Assembly (NCBI GenBank): GCA_013239625.1
Contig: MU054145.1
Location: forward strand, 102,341-122,340
Direction of reading: 5' to 3'
Length of the DNA: 20,000 nt
Source: Lama guanicoe
Lineage: Eukaryota
Part shown: piece after piece, positions 10,368 through 20,000 of the stretch
Layout: each line of letters starts with the position of its first letter
Numbering within the stretch: position 1 is the first letter of the stretch
The notes under the pieces: generated by a model
The model's database searches: none
Seen by the model: only the letters and a program-made list of their open reading frames with translations
What the model was told of the DNA's origin: nothing
Position numbers and translations under genes: made by a program

Positions 10368-11019
10368 GTGAGAAGAGTTCTGTTTTTATTAGCACTCTTT
10401 GTTATATTATGCTGATTACAATCTAAGGGCTTTGGCTGCTGATGAATCAAGCGAAACAGGAAAACCGAGTGACATCACCTGCTTTCTTAGAGATTCTCCA
10501 AAGGGAAATGCTCACTTTTCAGTATTACAATCAATGAAAAGGCTCTCCACCAAACTGCTGAGGGCTCTTTGGAGTAAAGTTATTTTCTTTCACCTGGTCA
10601 TGTATAAAAGTCTGTCCCAGGGTGATGGGAGTAGGCTAAGCTCTGGTCTCAGCTGCCTCGTAGATATCGGGTAGTAGCAATATAGGATGCTCTATTCATT
10701 CTCAGAATGAGCACGCACAATCTGTTATGAAGAGAGGTGTGGAAGACTGCTAAAGGCATCAACAGTTCAGGGCACTGGGAATAGTTCAGTTATGCACCCG
10801 CATCTCTAGAGGACAGAGTTCATGTCATAGTCTTTGTAAATAGTACCCCCTGTGTAATCTTATATTGCGACCCTGGCAAAGCTGTTTGTGAAAGTTGGGA
10901 CTGAGTTATGCAGTAGATTATAGGCTCAGTCTTTTTCACAGGATATTTCCATGGTTTCATGGATTCAGTAATATAGGCTTTTTTGGGGTTGGGGGATGGG
11001 TACTTATATGCAAAGCTAG

Positions 11020-11431
11020 TTTTTTTTAATTGAAGTATATAGTTTTTTTACAATGTGTTAATTTTTGGTGTACAGCATAGTGATTCAGTCATACATATAC
11101 ATATATATTCCTTTTCATATTCTTTTTCATTATAGGCTATTATAAGATGTTAAATATAGTTTCCTGTGCTATATAGAAGAAATCTGTTTTTTTATCTGTT
11201 TTATATATAGTAGTATCTTCAAATCCTGAACTTCCAATTTATCCTCCCCCTTGCCCCCGGTAACCATAAGTTTGTTTTCTATGTCTGTGAGTCTGTTTCT
11301 GTTTTGTCAATAAGTTCATTTGTATCTTTTTTTTTCTTTTTTAGTTTCCACATATAAGTGATATCATGTGGTATTTGCCTTTCTCTTTCTGGCTTACTTC
11401 ACTTAGTATGACAGTCTCCAGTTCCATCCAT
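11020..11431 (-). mobile_element. Lineage-specific L1 3' end, 5'-truncated (~410 bp)
   Basis: Poly-T then 'ttgaagtata...ggtgtacagcatagtgattcagtcatac...tagtttcctgtgctatatagaagaaa...ctggcttacttcacttagtatgac'; homologous to the copies at 13378 and 18868. Confidence 0.9.
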
Positions 11432-11450
11432 AACATAACATAACATAACA
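11431..11450. repeat. (TAACA)4 microsatellite at L1 5' junction
   Basis: taacataacataacataaca directly after the L1 truncation point. Confidence 0.9.
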
Positions 11451-12009
11451 TTTTTTCAATAGTTCTTTGTAGGATGGTGATTCCAGTTATTTTCAGCTGA
11501 AAAACTTAATGCCTTAATAGGCTAAATTTTGCATCTCTTGGCAATCATCTCCTTCAGTGTAGATGCTTCATGTACCCAGAACTGCTGACCTCCTTTTATT
11601 TCTGGAGACCAGCTTCCCACAAGTGGGAAGATAGCCTTTTCCTCAGCAATTCCAAATCTCCTGAAAGTCCCCTCATTTGCTGCTTCTTGGGCAGTGGGAT
11701 CTACTTATCTCCCACTTACATAAGGAAGACAACAGAAATGACTCTTCACAAAACAAACAAAATCTCCTTCAGGGTTGTTTATTGTCTTTGAAGTAGCTAG
11801 CAAATTTTCTCACTAAAAAAGTTTTTAAAATATGCATTTTTAGTACTGTTGGGGTGTCCCTCTGGTAGATCCCTTGCTATATAAATAGATACAAACATGA
11901 CACGGGTGCATGTATGTGTCATAGAAGAAGTAGTATAAGATAGTGTAAGTTGTATGAGAGATACAAAGTGCTGTGACTGCACAGAGGATGGAGAGATGCT
12001 CTTTGCCTC

Positions 12010-12461
12010 AATGAAACCAAAATCTCACTCAGGAAAGACTTTGGAGCTAGGCTTAGTCAGAAATGATCATGTGGATGATATTTCCAGGCAGAAGAAACAG
12101 CATGGGTGAGGACATATAAAGAGAGATGCAAAGGCTTTATTTGGGAGATAACAAAGAATCCAGTATTTTTAGAGCATTTGCAAATGAATGAAAATAATTA
12201 CTAGTTAAGTTTAGAAAAATGTATTGGGGAACACATAATGAAACCAAAATCTCACTCAGGAAAGACTTTGGAGCTAGGCTTAGTCGGAAATGATCATGTG
12301 GATGATATTTCCAGGCAGAAGGAACAGCATGGGTGAGGACATATAAAGAGAGATGCAAAGGCTTTATTTGGGAGATAACAAAGAATCCAGTATTTTTAGA
12401 GCATTTGCAAATGAATGAAAATAATTACTAGTTAAGTTTAGAAAAATGTATTGGGGAACAC
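12010..12461. repeat. Tandem duplication, 2 x 225 bp, 2 mismatches, 2-bp spacer
   Basis: 12010-12234 and 12237-12461; A/G differences at 12059/12286 and 12095/12322. The unit contains a decayed antisense L2 piece (ttccaggcagaaggaacagcatg). Confidence 0.95.
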
Positions 12462-12477
12462 CTTAAAGACATTTCTT

Positions 12478-12945
12478 ATTTTTGATTTAACAAATATTTG
12501 TTATGTGCTACTGTGTACCAAACACTGTTCTTGCCCTGGAAATACAGTGGAGACCAAGACAAAAATCCCATCCCTCATGTCATAACTTTCTTATAAGGTA
12601 AGACAAGATTGAAAAAAAACTTCGTAAATAAAGTGATTCCAGATAGTGAAGTAAAATGAGAGAGTGTGTTACAGGGACTGGGAGGTGAGGAAGTCAGGAT
12701 CTACTTTAGAAAAAGAGGTAAGAACTATTCTCTTGGAGGAAATGACATTTGAACTGACAAGTTTTAACTGTGCGATTTGAACTGCTGAATGATGGCAAGG
12801 AGGCGGCCTTGCATAGAGTCAGGACAAGAAACTTTAAGGCAGAAATAACAGCTAGTTCCAAGGCCTGGGATTAGAAATGAGCTTGATGTCCTTCAAAAAC
12901 CATAAAGGAGCCAATAGAGGTAGAGGGAATTGAGGAGGTATGGGA
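12478..12945 (-). mobile_element. LINE-2 3' end (L2a-like)
   Basis: 'atttaacaaatatttgttatgtgctactgtgtaccaaacactgttct...gacaaaaatcccatccctcatg...ggaggaaatgacatttgaactga...aggcagaaataacagctagttccaaggcctggga'. Confidence 0.85.
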
Positions 12946-12984
12946 GTGCTATACCCTCGGTAGGCAGCAGGATATGTTAAGGGG

Positions 12985-13078
12985 AGTTTGCTTCATTAAA
13001 TGGTGGTGAATACCAATAAAGCCCAGAGAACAAGGCCTGACACACGGGAATTGCTCAATAAATGTTAGTGATGATGAT
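12985..13078 (+). mobile_element. L2/MIR 3' tail fragment
   Basis: 'agaacaaggcctgacacacgggaattgctcaataaatgttagtgatgatgat' is the shared MIR/L2 3' end. Confidence 0.6.
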
Positions 13079-13094
13079 CGTGGATGTGATGGAT

Positions 13095-13361
13095 GCTTGA
13101 GAGTTTAGATCAGGGTGTTGATGGATTTATATTTTAAAGATAACCATTCTGGATGCTGGGTATGTGGAGCGTGGATTTCAGAACAAGGGTAAGTGTGGGT
13201 GGCAAAAGTGGAAGCAACAAAACCCATTAGTGGCTATTACAGTGTCTCAGTTGAGAGCTGTGTTGTTTAAGAGTTTGGACATCATCCTGGCTTTAGTAGG
13301 GAGCCACCAAAACTTTCTTATAAGGGAAGTGACGTCATCAGACAGTATCTTTATGATTATT
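13095..13361 (-). mobile_element. LINE-2 fragments
   Basis: 'gatttatattttaaagataaccattctggatgctg...attagtggctattacagtgtctcag' and 'aagagtttggacatcatcctg...gggagccac...agggaagtgac'. Confidence 0.7.
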
Positions 13362-13377
13362 AAATGCAGTATTCTTT

Positions 13378-13821
13378 TTTGTTTTGGCTTTCAAAAACCT
13401 GAAGTATAGTCAGTTACAATGTATCAGTTTCTGGTGTACAGCATGTTTCAGTCATACATATACATACATATATTCCTTTTTATATTCTTTTTATTATAGG
13501 TGACTACAAGATATTGAACATAGTTCCCTGTGCTATACAGAAGAAATTTGTTTTTTTATCTATTTTATATATAGTAGTTAATATTTGTAAGTCTCGAATT
13601 TCCAATTTATCCCTTCCCACCTCCTTTTCCCCAGTTACCATAAGTTTGTTTTCTATGTCTCTGAGTCTGTTTCTGTTTTGTAGATGAGTTCATTAGTATC
13701 TTCTCTTTTCTTTTCTTTTCTTTTTTTTTAGATTCCACACATGAGTGATATCATGTTATTTTTCTTTCTCTTTCTGGCTTACTTCACTTACAGTGATGAT
13801 CTCCAGGTCCATCCATGTTAC
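13378..13821 (-). mobile_element. Lineage-specific L1 3' end, 5'-truncated (~440 bp), with TSD
   Basis: 'tgaagtatagtcagttacaatg...ctggtgtacagcat...atagttccctgtgctatacagaagaaa...tccaggtccatccatgtt'; TSD aaatgcagtattcttt (13362-13377) / aaatgcaatatccttt (13822-13837), 14/16, followed by aaa (endonuclease-type site). Confidence 0.92.
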
Positions 13822-15128
13822 AAATGCAATATCCTTTAAATCACTTTTTAAATAATAATTTTCCAAAGAAAATTCTGAAGTGGCTCCAGGCCTTGCTACT
13901 TTGGTTGCCTTTATGAATTCTATATGTACTTTTCTTGGGTTGGACTTAAAGTGCAGTTCATTTAGGTGATGAATTTATTCACTCTTGTAGACCTACCCTA
14001 TATGCTTGTAGATATTTCATCTAAATTGTACATCAATGTTTTGCTTCATTGGTTATAAACATAGGCTTTCAGGACAATGCTCTGCATAAAAGCAGAGTCA
14101 TGATAGTCATATATTAAACTTTGTATCCTTGTGGAGAAATCTGGTATAAATAACACGAGGTAGCAATAGCCTGCTTATTCTTTGAGACACTTCCTTTAGA
14201 AATTTCAACCCACGTTATTATCTTACCATTATTTAATTTTACAAGCTCACATTTGATATACCCACATTAAAAAGCAGATGCTTTAATTGAGAGTAACCTC
14301 AGACAACCATCATTCCTTAAGCACGTTCACTTCAAAAATATGGTAGTGGAAGGTTTTTAAAGTAACTATCTTCATGGAAATCATTTAGGGAAGATTTTTA
14401 TGTAGTCAATTCCTGACTAAATATAAATAATTTTATAACATCTTTCCAAGAGTAAATGAATCAGTGAATTACATTAGTGCATTTATGGGGGATTGGTTAA
14501 GAGATTTACGTATGAGATGGTTCTTTAGAGTGTGAAAACTCAGCAACAGTATTGTTACCATAGTAATCATCACTTCCTTCGTAATTGTCTGATCATTTAC
14601 TATATTTAATACCAACAAGTAGTTAAGACAATATGACGATTTGAAAACTAAACAACATTTAAAAGGAACCTTCAAACCCTCCAGAACACAAACATTAATT
14701 TGTGTCATGTTTTTAGCTGATTTGATCTCCAGTTTAGAAAATTCTCCAGATTTTATACAATTGTAGGACTTAAGCACCCTTTATTATCAAGTTTCCACAA
14801 TGGCCAATAATAAAAACCTATTTTCTGACAAGAAAAAAAAAATGCTGTCATTTTATTTTACAACCCAGAAGACAGTTGCTAGGGTCTGATTGAAAGCATG
14901 ACATATCAACAAGTCACCATCTGGTGTGGTAGTGTAGCTTTGCTCTTCCGTGACCCAACTAGCTGAAAATTGGACTTAAGTCAATCGTTGCCTAGGCTGA
15001 GTTCCACAGAGGACCAAAAATATCATCTGCCTTAAAGTGCTAGCTGGTTAAAGAACGCTTGTCACAATGACCTTTAAGCCAGTGTCTTTAGAATGCTCTG
15101 AAAGGTGTCGAATATCTTTGCTTTCTAG

Positions 15129-15161
15129 CTGATGGTTGCTTCAGCTTTTGCTAGTCCCCTT
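15129..15161 (+). other. Candidate 33-nt microexon (speculative)
   Basis: Acceptor atctttgctttctag| and donor ctt|gtaagt; open only in phase 0 (LMVASAFASPL). Confidence 0.2.
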
Positions 15162-16693
15162 GTAAGTAACTGGATTATTCACAGGTGAATTGTCACTATA
15201 GGTGCAATATCAGAGGGCCAGCCAGAGACTGCCAGTGTCATAGAGAACCATCACCTTTATATTTTTTCGAGACAGAACAGTGAGCTTGCTGCCAGTTTTT
15301 TTCTTTAACTTTAGTTGATCTACTCCTTCAACAAATTAAAAAAAAAACTTTCTTCTGGTACGACTGAGTTATGTGCTTGCTTTTCTAACATGTGCTTACT
15401 TTTACAATAACACTTGAGCTGCTTATTACAAAGGGAAAAAGTAACTGCCAGGAAGGAAAACGTGGTGTACATCCGAGTTCACCTTAAGATGATAAACTTT
15501 AATGGAGGAAGTATAGCCCGTAGTTTTTGGTGTTAGATTGGGTTCCCATTGTATATCTATCTGCTTAGACTGACAGTTCTGAAAATTAATGATTTTGCTT
15601 CAGTCATGATGGATAGATGTCACAGACATACTGGAGTGTGATAGAAAAATATCTTCTTTGGAGACTTGCCATACCTTTCCCCTCCCCACCTCCAAAAATT
15701 GCATGTGCCTCAGAGACAGATATTTCTATCAACATGTGGCTGGGATACTGAGGCTCATGAGACAGATTTTAAGACAAAATACTTTGCTCAATTCTTATCT
15801 CTTCTCTGCAGATAATGCAAGAGAAGACTGTTTCATGTGCAGAGAATCAGACAAACCTGCTATAAAATCAGAGAGCAGAAATACATTTAGCTTAAAATTC
15901 CACTTATCCCTGTCAAGTGTTTTCTTCTACCATTTATCAATTTATTTCTTCTAAACTACCATAGATGCTCCACGTATTGAAACCATTTTTATATAGTACA
16001 GTGATGGATTACCAATGGATTCCATTTATAACAGTGACTCATTCAATAAGCATTTGTAAAATCAGGACTTTTAAAAATTTTATTTTAAATCATTGCTCTA
16101 TTTTTTCTTAATATTTCTGGAAACAAAATTATACTTCCTTACTTTGAAAGAGAAGCTTAATGCTGTGGGATGCCTATATATTTTTTTGATTATTGCATTT
16201 TAATTATCATGAGAGTTTATTATTGTTAGTTTACTTCTCCATGTTTTCTTCCTACATTTCTACTCAATCTTCTCTGCATATTTTGAGAAAAAAATGAAGA
16301 CATATGTTTTCTCATATAATTCCCATCACCTAAACCCTATGTGTCCGATTGAATTAGTATAAAGCAATAATCACTACTGCCAGGGCTAACAAAGAGCTAA
16401 ATTAACATAGGAACTGGCCTGGTGGCTCCCTTTTCTGAGCTATTACTGCAATTATGGAGGGCAGTGTGGAGTTTGACACTTGCTTGTGCATATTAGTTCT
16501 CTCTCTCCACCCAGTTAAATTTGCTTGATTGAGATAATACGGTTTATGTCGCGATGGATCATGGGGAACTAGAAACTAAGAGAGAACTAGAAAATGGCAC
16601 ACATTGCTATTGCCTATCCTGTTTCTCTCCCGTAGCCTGCCTGCCACCCCCGCTCTAGTTTTTCCTCTTTTCTACATCTTCACTTTGCCTTAC

Positions 16694-16823
16694 CTGCTAA
16701 AAAGAAATGTCGCTGTCAGCCCTCCAATGCAATTTCATTTTTCTGGATGAGACATAGGCAGGAATTGGATGCTAGAGCTAAGTGTCTGGATTGATCTCTC
16801 GCCCTCATATCCCAAAGTGAAAG
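16694..16823 (-). other. Candidate non-coding exon or juxtaposed acceptor-donor site
   Basis: Minus strand: acceptor ctctttcctcatcag| before 16823 and donor cag|gtaagg after 16694; 130 nt with stops in all three frames; internal ctgac...tttctttttag just before the donor. Confidence 0.25.
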
Positions 16824-18020
16824 CTGATGAGGAAAGAGTGCATAGTATATTTTTTCATGATGTTTTGTCTTGTAAACACAACAGTATTCTTGTTTAATCA
16901 AGTTATCTTTTATGTGAAGTATTAAGGACAGGGTGGATGGATTATAATATGTAGAATCATTATAGAGAACTATGCATTACCACGACAAAAAACCTTATAA
17001 AAGAGGTTACTTGCATTTGCCCATTGTGGATACCTGTGTGTTGAGTTTAAAAGTCAGGAATAATACATTTCTTCAGTTTATCAAAATATGAATACCTTGA
17101 GTCGTTATTTAACTCTAAACTTTAAGAAGATAAGAGGACTTTAAGTTGAGTAGTAGATATGGTTTTACTACACATATAAATGAACTGTAAAATGTATTTG
17201 ATGGACTCTGATATTAATCTCTAGTTTGCCTTCATAAGGAAATTGTGATAACTTTTGACCAGTGTGGCCAAGGGAACAGCTTTTGGATAGTTCAGTCTGT
17301 TCTCATGTGCCATATCTTGTATCATTTTAGTTTCACATGGTCTAATCTTACTGAGACACTGACTTTGCAATTATTTAATGATTCTTAGTCATTTACGCAT
17401 GTGCTCAAAGAACAGCCATTAAATACCAAATCTGCAGTCACTGATGTTTATAGAGGGTTTTGCTTCCCTTTAGTTTGCTCAACCCAATGCCATAGGTGTG
17501 CTTTCCTACGTTTCCATCGTGAGAACCTACATTCTCTGCGGCAACTGTGCTCTATTTCTAAGGTAAAGGATAGCTGTTATTGTTGCCAAATTTAAAACCT
17601 TAGTCACTGTGAATATTCGTTTTCCTGCTTAGAGTTTTGATTTTCAGTGGATATTTTACTGTCTAGAAAAACAGACTCCAAAGCATTTCTGCAGCTAAAC
17701 TATTAAAGACCTCTCCTTCTTTTCACCATGGTTTCCCATCAACCCCCTGCCACTGTGAACAGTAGTCACTCAGAATTTGCTCAGAGGAGTGACAGTTTAC
17801 TTGTTTCATGTTCACTGATACTTGTGGAAATATTAGATCTTGATTCCAGTTTTGTCCTTGACTCTACACATGTATCATGGAAGTGACCACTGGTGGTACA
17901 TGCATTTCATGATAAAATGACTTCACATTCAGCTGGGCTGAGATGTACACAGAATATCTGAGAAAATTTAATACATCCTTCACTGCAGGTTCAAGCAATA
18001 TATTCCAAATATATTCCAAA

Positions 18021-18045
18021 CTACAGAGAGTCTACCAGGGGGCAT
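18021..18045 (+). promoter_or_regulatory. CTCF-like motif
   Basis: ctaccagggggca (18032-18044) matches the core CCACCAGGGGGCR with one mismatch; upstream tacag is 5 nt before it, resembling the TGCAG upstream module. Confidence 0.4.
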
Positions 18046-18444
18046 GTATTTGGAAGTGGCTTCCCTTTTCTCTTACATTTGCTCCTGATCTTCTGTGGCT
18101 CCAGTTGAATTCTTTATTGAGGACATTTGGATCATGCCTCCTGTTTGTGTCCCTTCTGTGCCTGTCTTTCCCTTTCAGTTGTAATTGCTCCTCACCCTTC
18201 CGTTTTGTTGCACTCTTCTCTTCACAGAAAGGTCTACCCTCTGCTCATATTCAGTCTGTGGTAGGGTTTGCTACTACTTTTCTCCATTTCATCTGTTTTT
18301 ATTGCTGGATACTTGGACAGAGTCCCTCACAATGGTCTGATGCCACTCTGAGGTATCTCAAAATCATTTACTTTTTAAAGATTAGCTTCTTACCAGAATA
18401 CCTCCTGTATTTTATGGTATTAAAATATCTCTTTTCCTAGACTT

Positions 18445-18675
18445 CATTTATTAAATACTTATTGTTATATTCCAGACGTGGTGTTAAGTAGTTTACAAGT
18501 ACAGCATCATGAAGTTCTCACAGCAGCTTTGTGAAATAGGTAGCTGGAGGTCTTTCTGTCATGAGGAAATGGAGACAATGGCATTAAATAAATTGCCCAA
18601 AGTCACACAGCTAGTTAGTGACACACCTGGGCTTTTATCACAGCAATTTGATGTGACAGTCCAGTTTTGTTTTCC
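18445..18675 (-). mobile_element. MIR SINE
   Basis: 'catttattaaatacttattg...ttctcacagcagctttgtgaaatagg...atgaggaaatggagac...aaattgcccaaagtcacacagctagttagtgac'. Confidence 0.85.
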
Positions 18676-18867
18676 TTGATCTACAAGCCTTGACATTTAC
18701 TTCTATTATTAATATAAGCTCCAGTATTATCCATATTATTTAGGCTTCTGTTAGGTTCCAGTGAGGGCAGGCGCATTAGGGACAGAGTGAGGGAAGGAAT
18801 GTGCTCTGCCTCACGCAAGCATCTTGCTATCATTTACTATAAAATTCTTTAGGGGTCAACATCCTTT

Positions 18868-19045
18868 TTTTAATTTTAATTTTTTATTTTATAATTTTTA
18901 TTGAAGTACAGTCAGTTACAATGTGTCAATTTCAGCATAACGTACAGCATAATGTCCCAGACATGCATATATATACATAAATTTGTTTTCATATTCTTTT
19001 TCATTAAAGGTTATTACAAGATACTGAATATAGTTCCCTGTGAAT
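18868..19045 (-). mobile_element. Lineage-specific L1 extreme 3' end (~180 bp) with degenerate TSD
   Basis: T-rich tail then 'ttgaagtacagtcagttacaatgtgtcaattt...aggttattacaagatactgaatatagttccctgtg'; TSD gggtcaacatccttt (18853-18867) / gagccagcattcttt (19046-19060), 11/15, transitions only. Confidence 0.88.
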
Positions 19046-19511
19046 GAGCCAGCATTCTTTAGTTAATGGGAGTATGCTTCATATTATATTAAAAAAACTA
19101 TTAAAATATAGAATGATTTAGCAAGTGATTAAGCTAAATATTTTTAACTGGCAAATATTTGAAACAGATTGGAAAAAGTAGCTTTTAGATAAATTTTAAC
19201 AATAGCAAAGGCAACTTATTTGTACTGGTTGACCCTAGACACTTAATTATACCAATTAACATTATAAACTTAAGTCAAAGGACAGTTTAATTTATGGTGG
19301 AATTACTAAATGTTCTTTACCACTCCTCAGACATACTCGGCACAATGTCATCTTGAAATAGTACAGTGTTCTCAGATTGTTGCATGAGTATTAGGTTTGA
19401 TTTCCCAACTAGATTTTTCTCTCTGGGTAACAATTCTTGTTTACATCATTCTTTTATTGCAGCACAAAATATACTACAGTAATAACAAATTGCAACTTTT
19501 CTCTCAAATAG

Positions 19512-19705
19512 TGTAGTTTAGTTTCCTAGGGCTGACATAACAAAGTGCCACAAACTGGGTGGCTTAAACAACAAACTCTGATCTTTGGTCTTCGTGTGAC
19601 ATTCTCCCCTGTGTGTGTGTCTGTGTCTCTTCCCCTATTCTTATTAAGACATAAATCACGTTGGGTTAGGACCCATGCTCATGACCACGTCTTAACTTAA
19701 CTTGA
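19512..19705 (-). mobile_element. MaLR LTR, MLT1B/C-like, internally deleted, running into gap
   Basis: 'tagtttcctagggctgacataacaaagtgccacaaactgggtggcttaaacaaca...ttcttattaagaca...gggttaggaccc...catgaccacgtcttaactt'. Confidence 0.85.
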
Positions 19706-19873
19706 NNNNNNNNNNNNNNNNNNNNNNNNNNNNNNNNNNNNNNNNNNNNNNNNNNNNNNNNNNNNNNNNNNNNNNNNNNNNNNNNNNNNNNNNNNNNNNN
19801 NNNNNNNNNNNNNNNNNNNNNNNNNNNNNNNNNNNNNNNNNNNNNNNNNNNNNNNNNNNNNNNNNNNNNNNNN
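19706..19873. other. Assembly gap (168 N)
   Basis: Run of N. Confidence 1.
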
Positions 19874-19952
19874 TTATTCACCTGTAAATTCTACTCTAGG
19901 CTGGGTGCAAAACCTACTCTAATTCCATTCCAATTTTCCTCTTATCCTAAAC

Positions 19953-20000
19953 CAGGGGTTCGCAAACTACAGCTCATGGGTCAAATCTTGCCCACCCCAC
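19953..20000 (+). mobile_element. hAT-Charlie MITE start, MER58-like (cut by window end)
   Basis: 'caggggttcgcaaactacagctcatgggtcaaatcttgccc' resembles the recalled MER58 terminus caggggtcggcaaactacggcccgcgggccaaatccggccc. Confidence 0.7.

Noticed and set aside
12137..12358. 73-aa ORF within the tandem duplication
   Set aside because: Contains an L2-derived translation (HAVPSAW) and spans the duplication junction.
17997..18018. 11-bp tandem duplication aatatattcca (similar small repeats at 3763-3789 and 12747-12784)
   Set aside because: Ordinary slippage events.
17943..18440. 165-aa ORF
   Set aside because: L/F/S/C-rich composition reflects pyrimidine-rich DNA; no recognisable domain.
19666..19887. 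Poly-X ORFs
   Set aside because: Artefacts of the N gap.
1..20000. CRISPR array, operon or prokaryotic defence system
   Set aside because: Sequence is mammalian; no repeat-spacer array and no gene-dense coding structure.

Overview
AT-rich, CpG-depleted mammalian genomic DNA, intronic or intergenic. A tRNA-derived SINE resembling Vic-1 and young L1 3' ends suggest a camelid (alpaca/camel) genome; this is from my recollection of repeat consensus sequences, not a search. No protein-coding gene is recognisable, and the ORF-track hits look like chance ORFs, many over repeats. The window is a mosaic of old eutherian repeats (L2, MIR, old L1M, MLT1 LTRs, a probable ERV solo LTR, hAT MITEs) plus younger insertions with target-site duplications. 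It also holds two near-identical ~160-225 bp tandem duplications, a 39-bp tail-only retro-insertion, a 168-N gap and a repeat-poor stretch (~13.8-18.4 kb) with candidate small exons and a CTCF-like motif. I found no convincing new biological system; the best leads are speculative splice or regulatory elements and DNA-repair/retrotransposition signatures.
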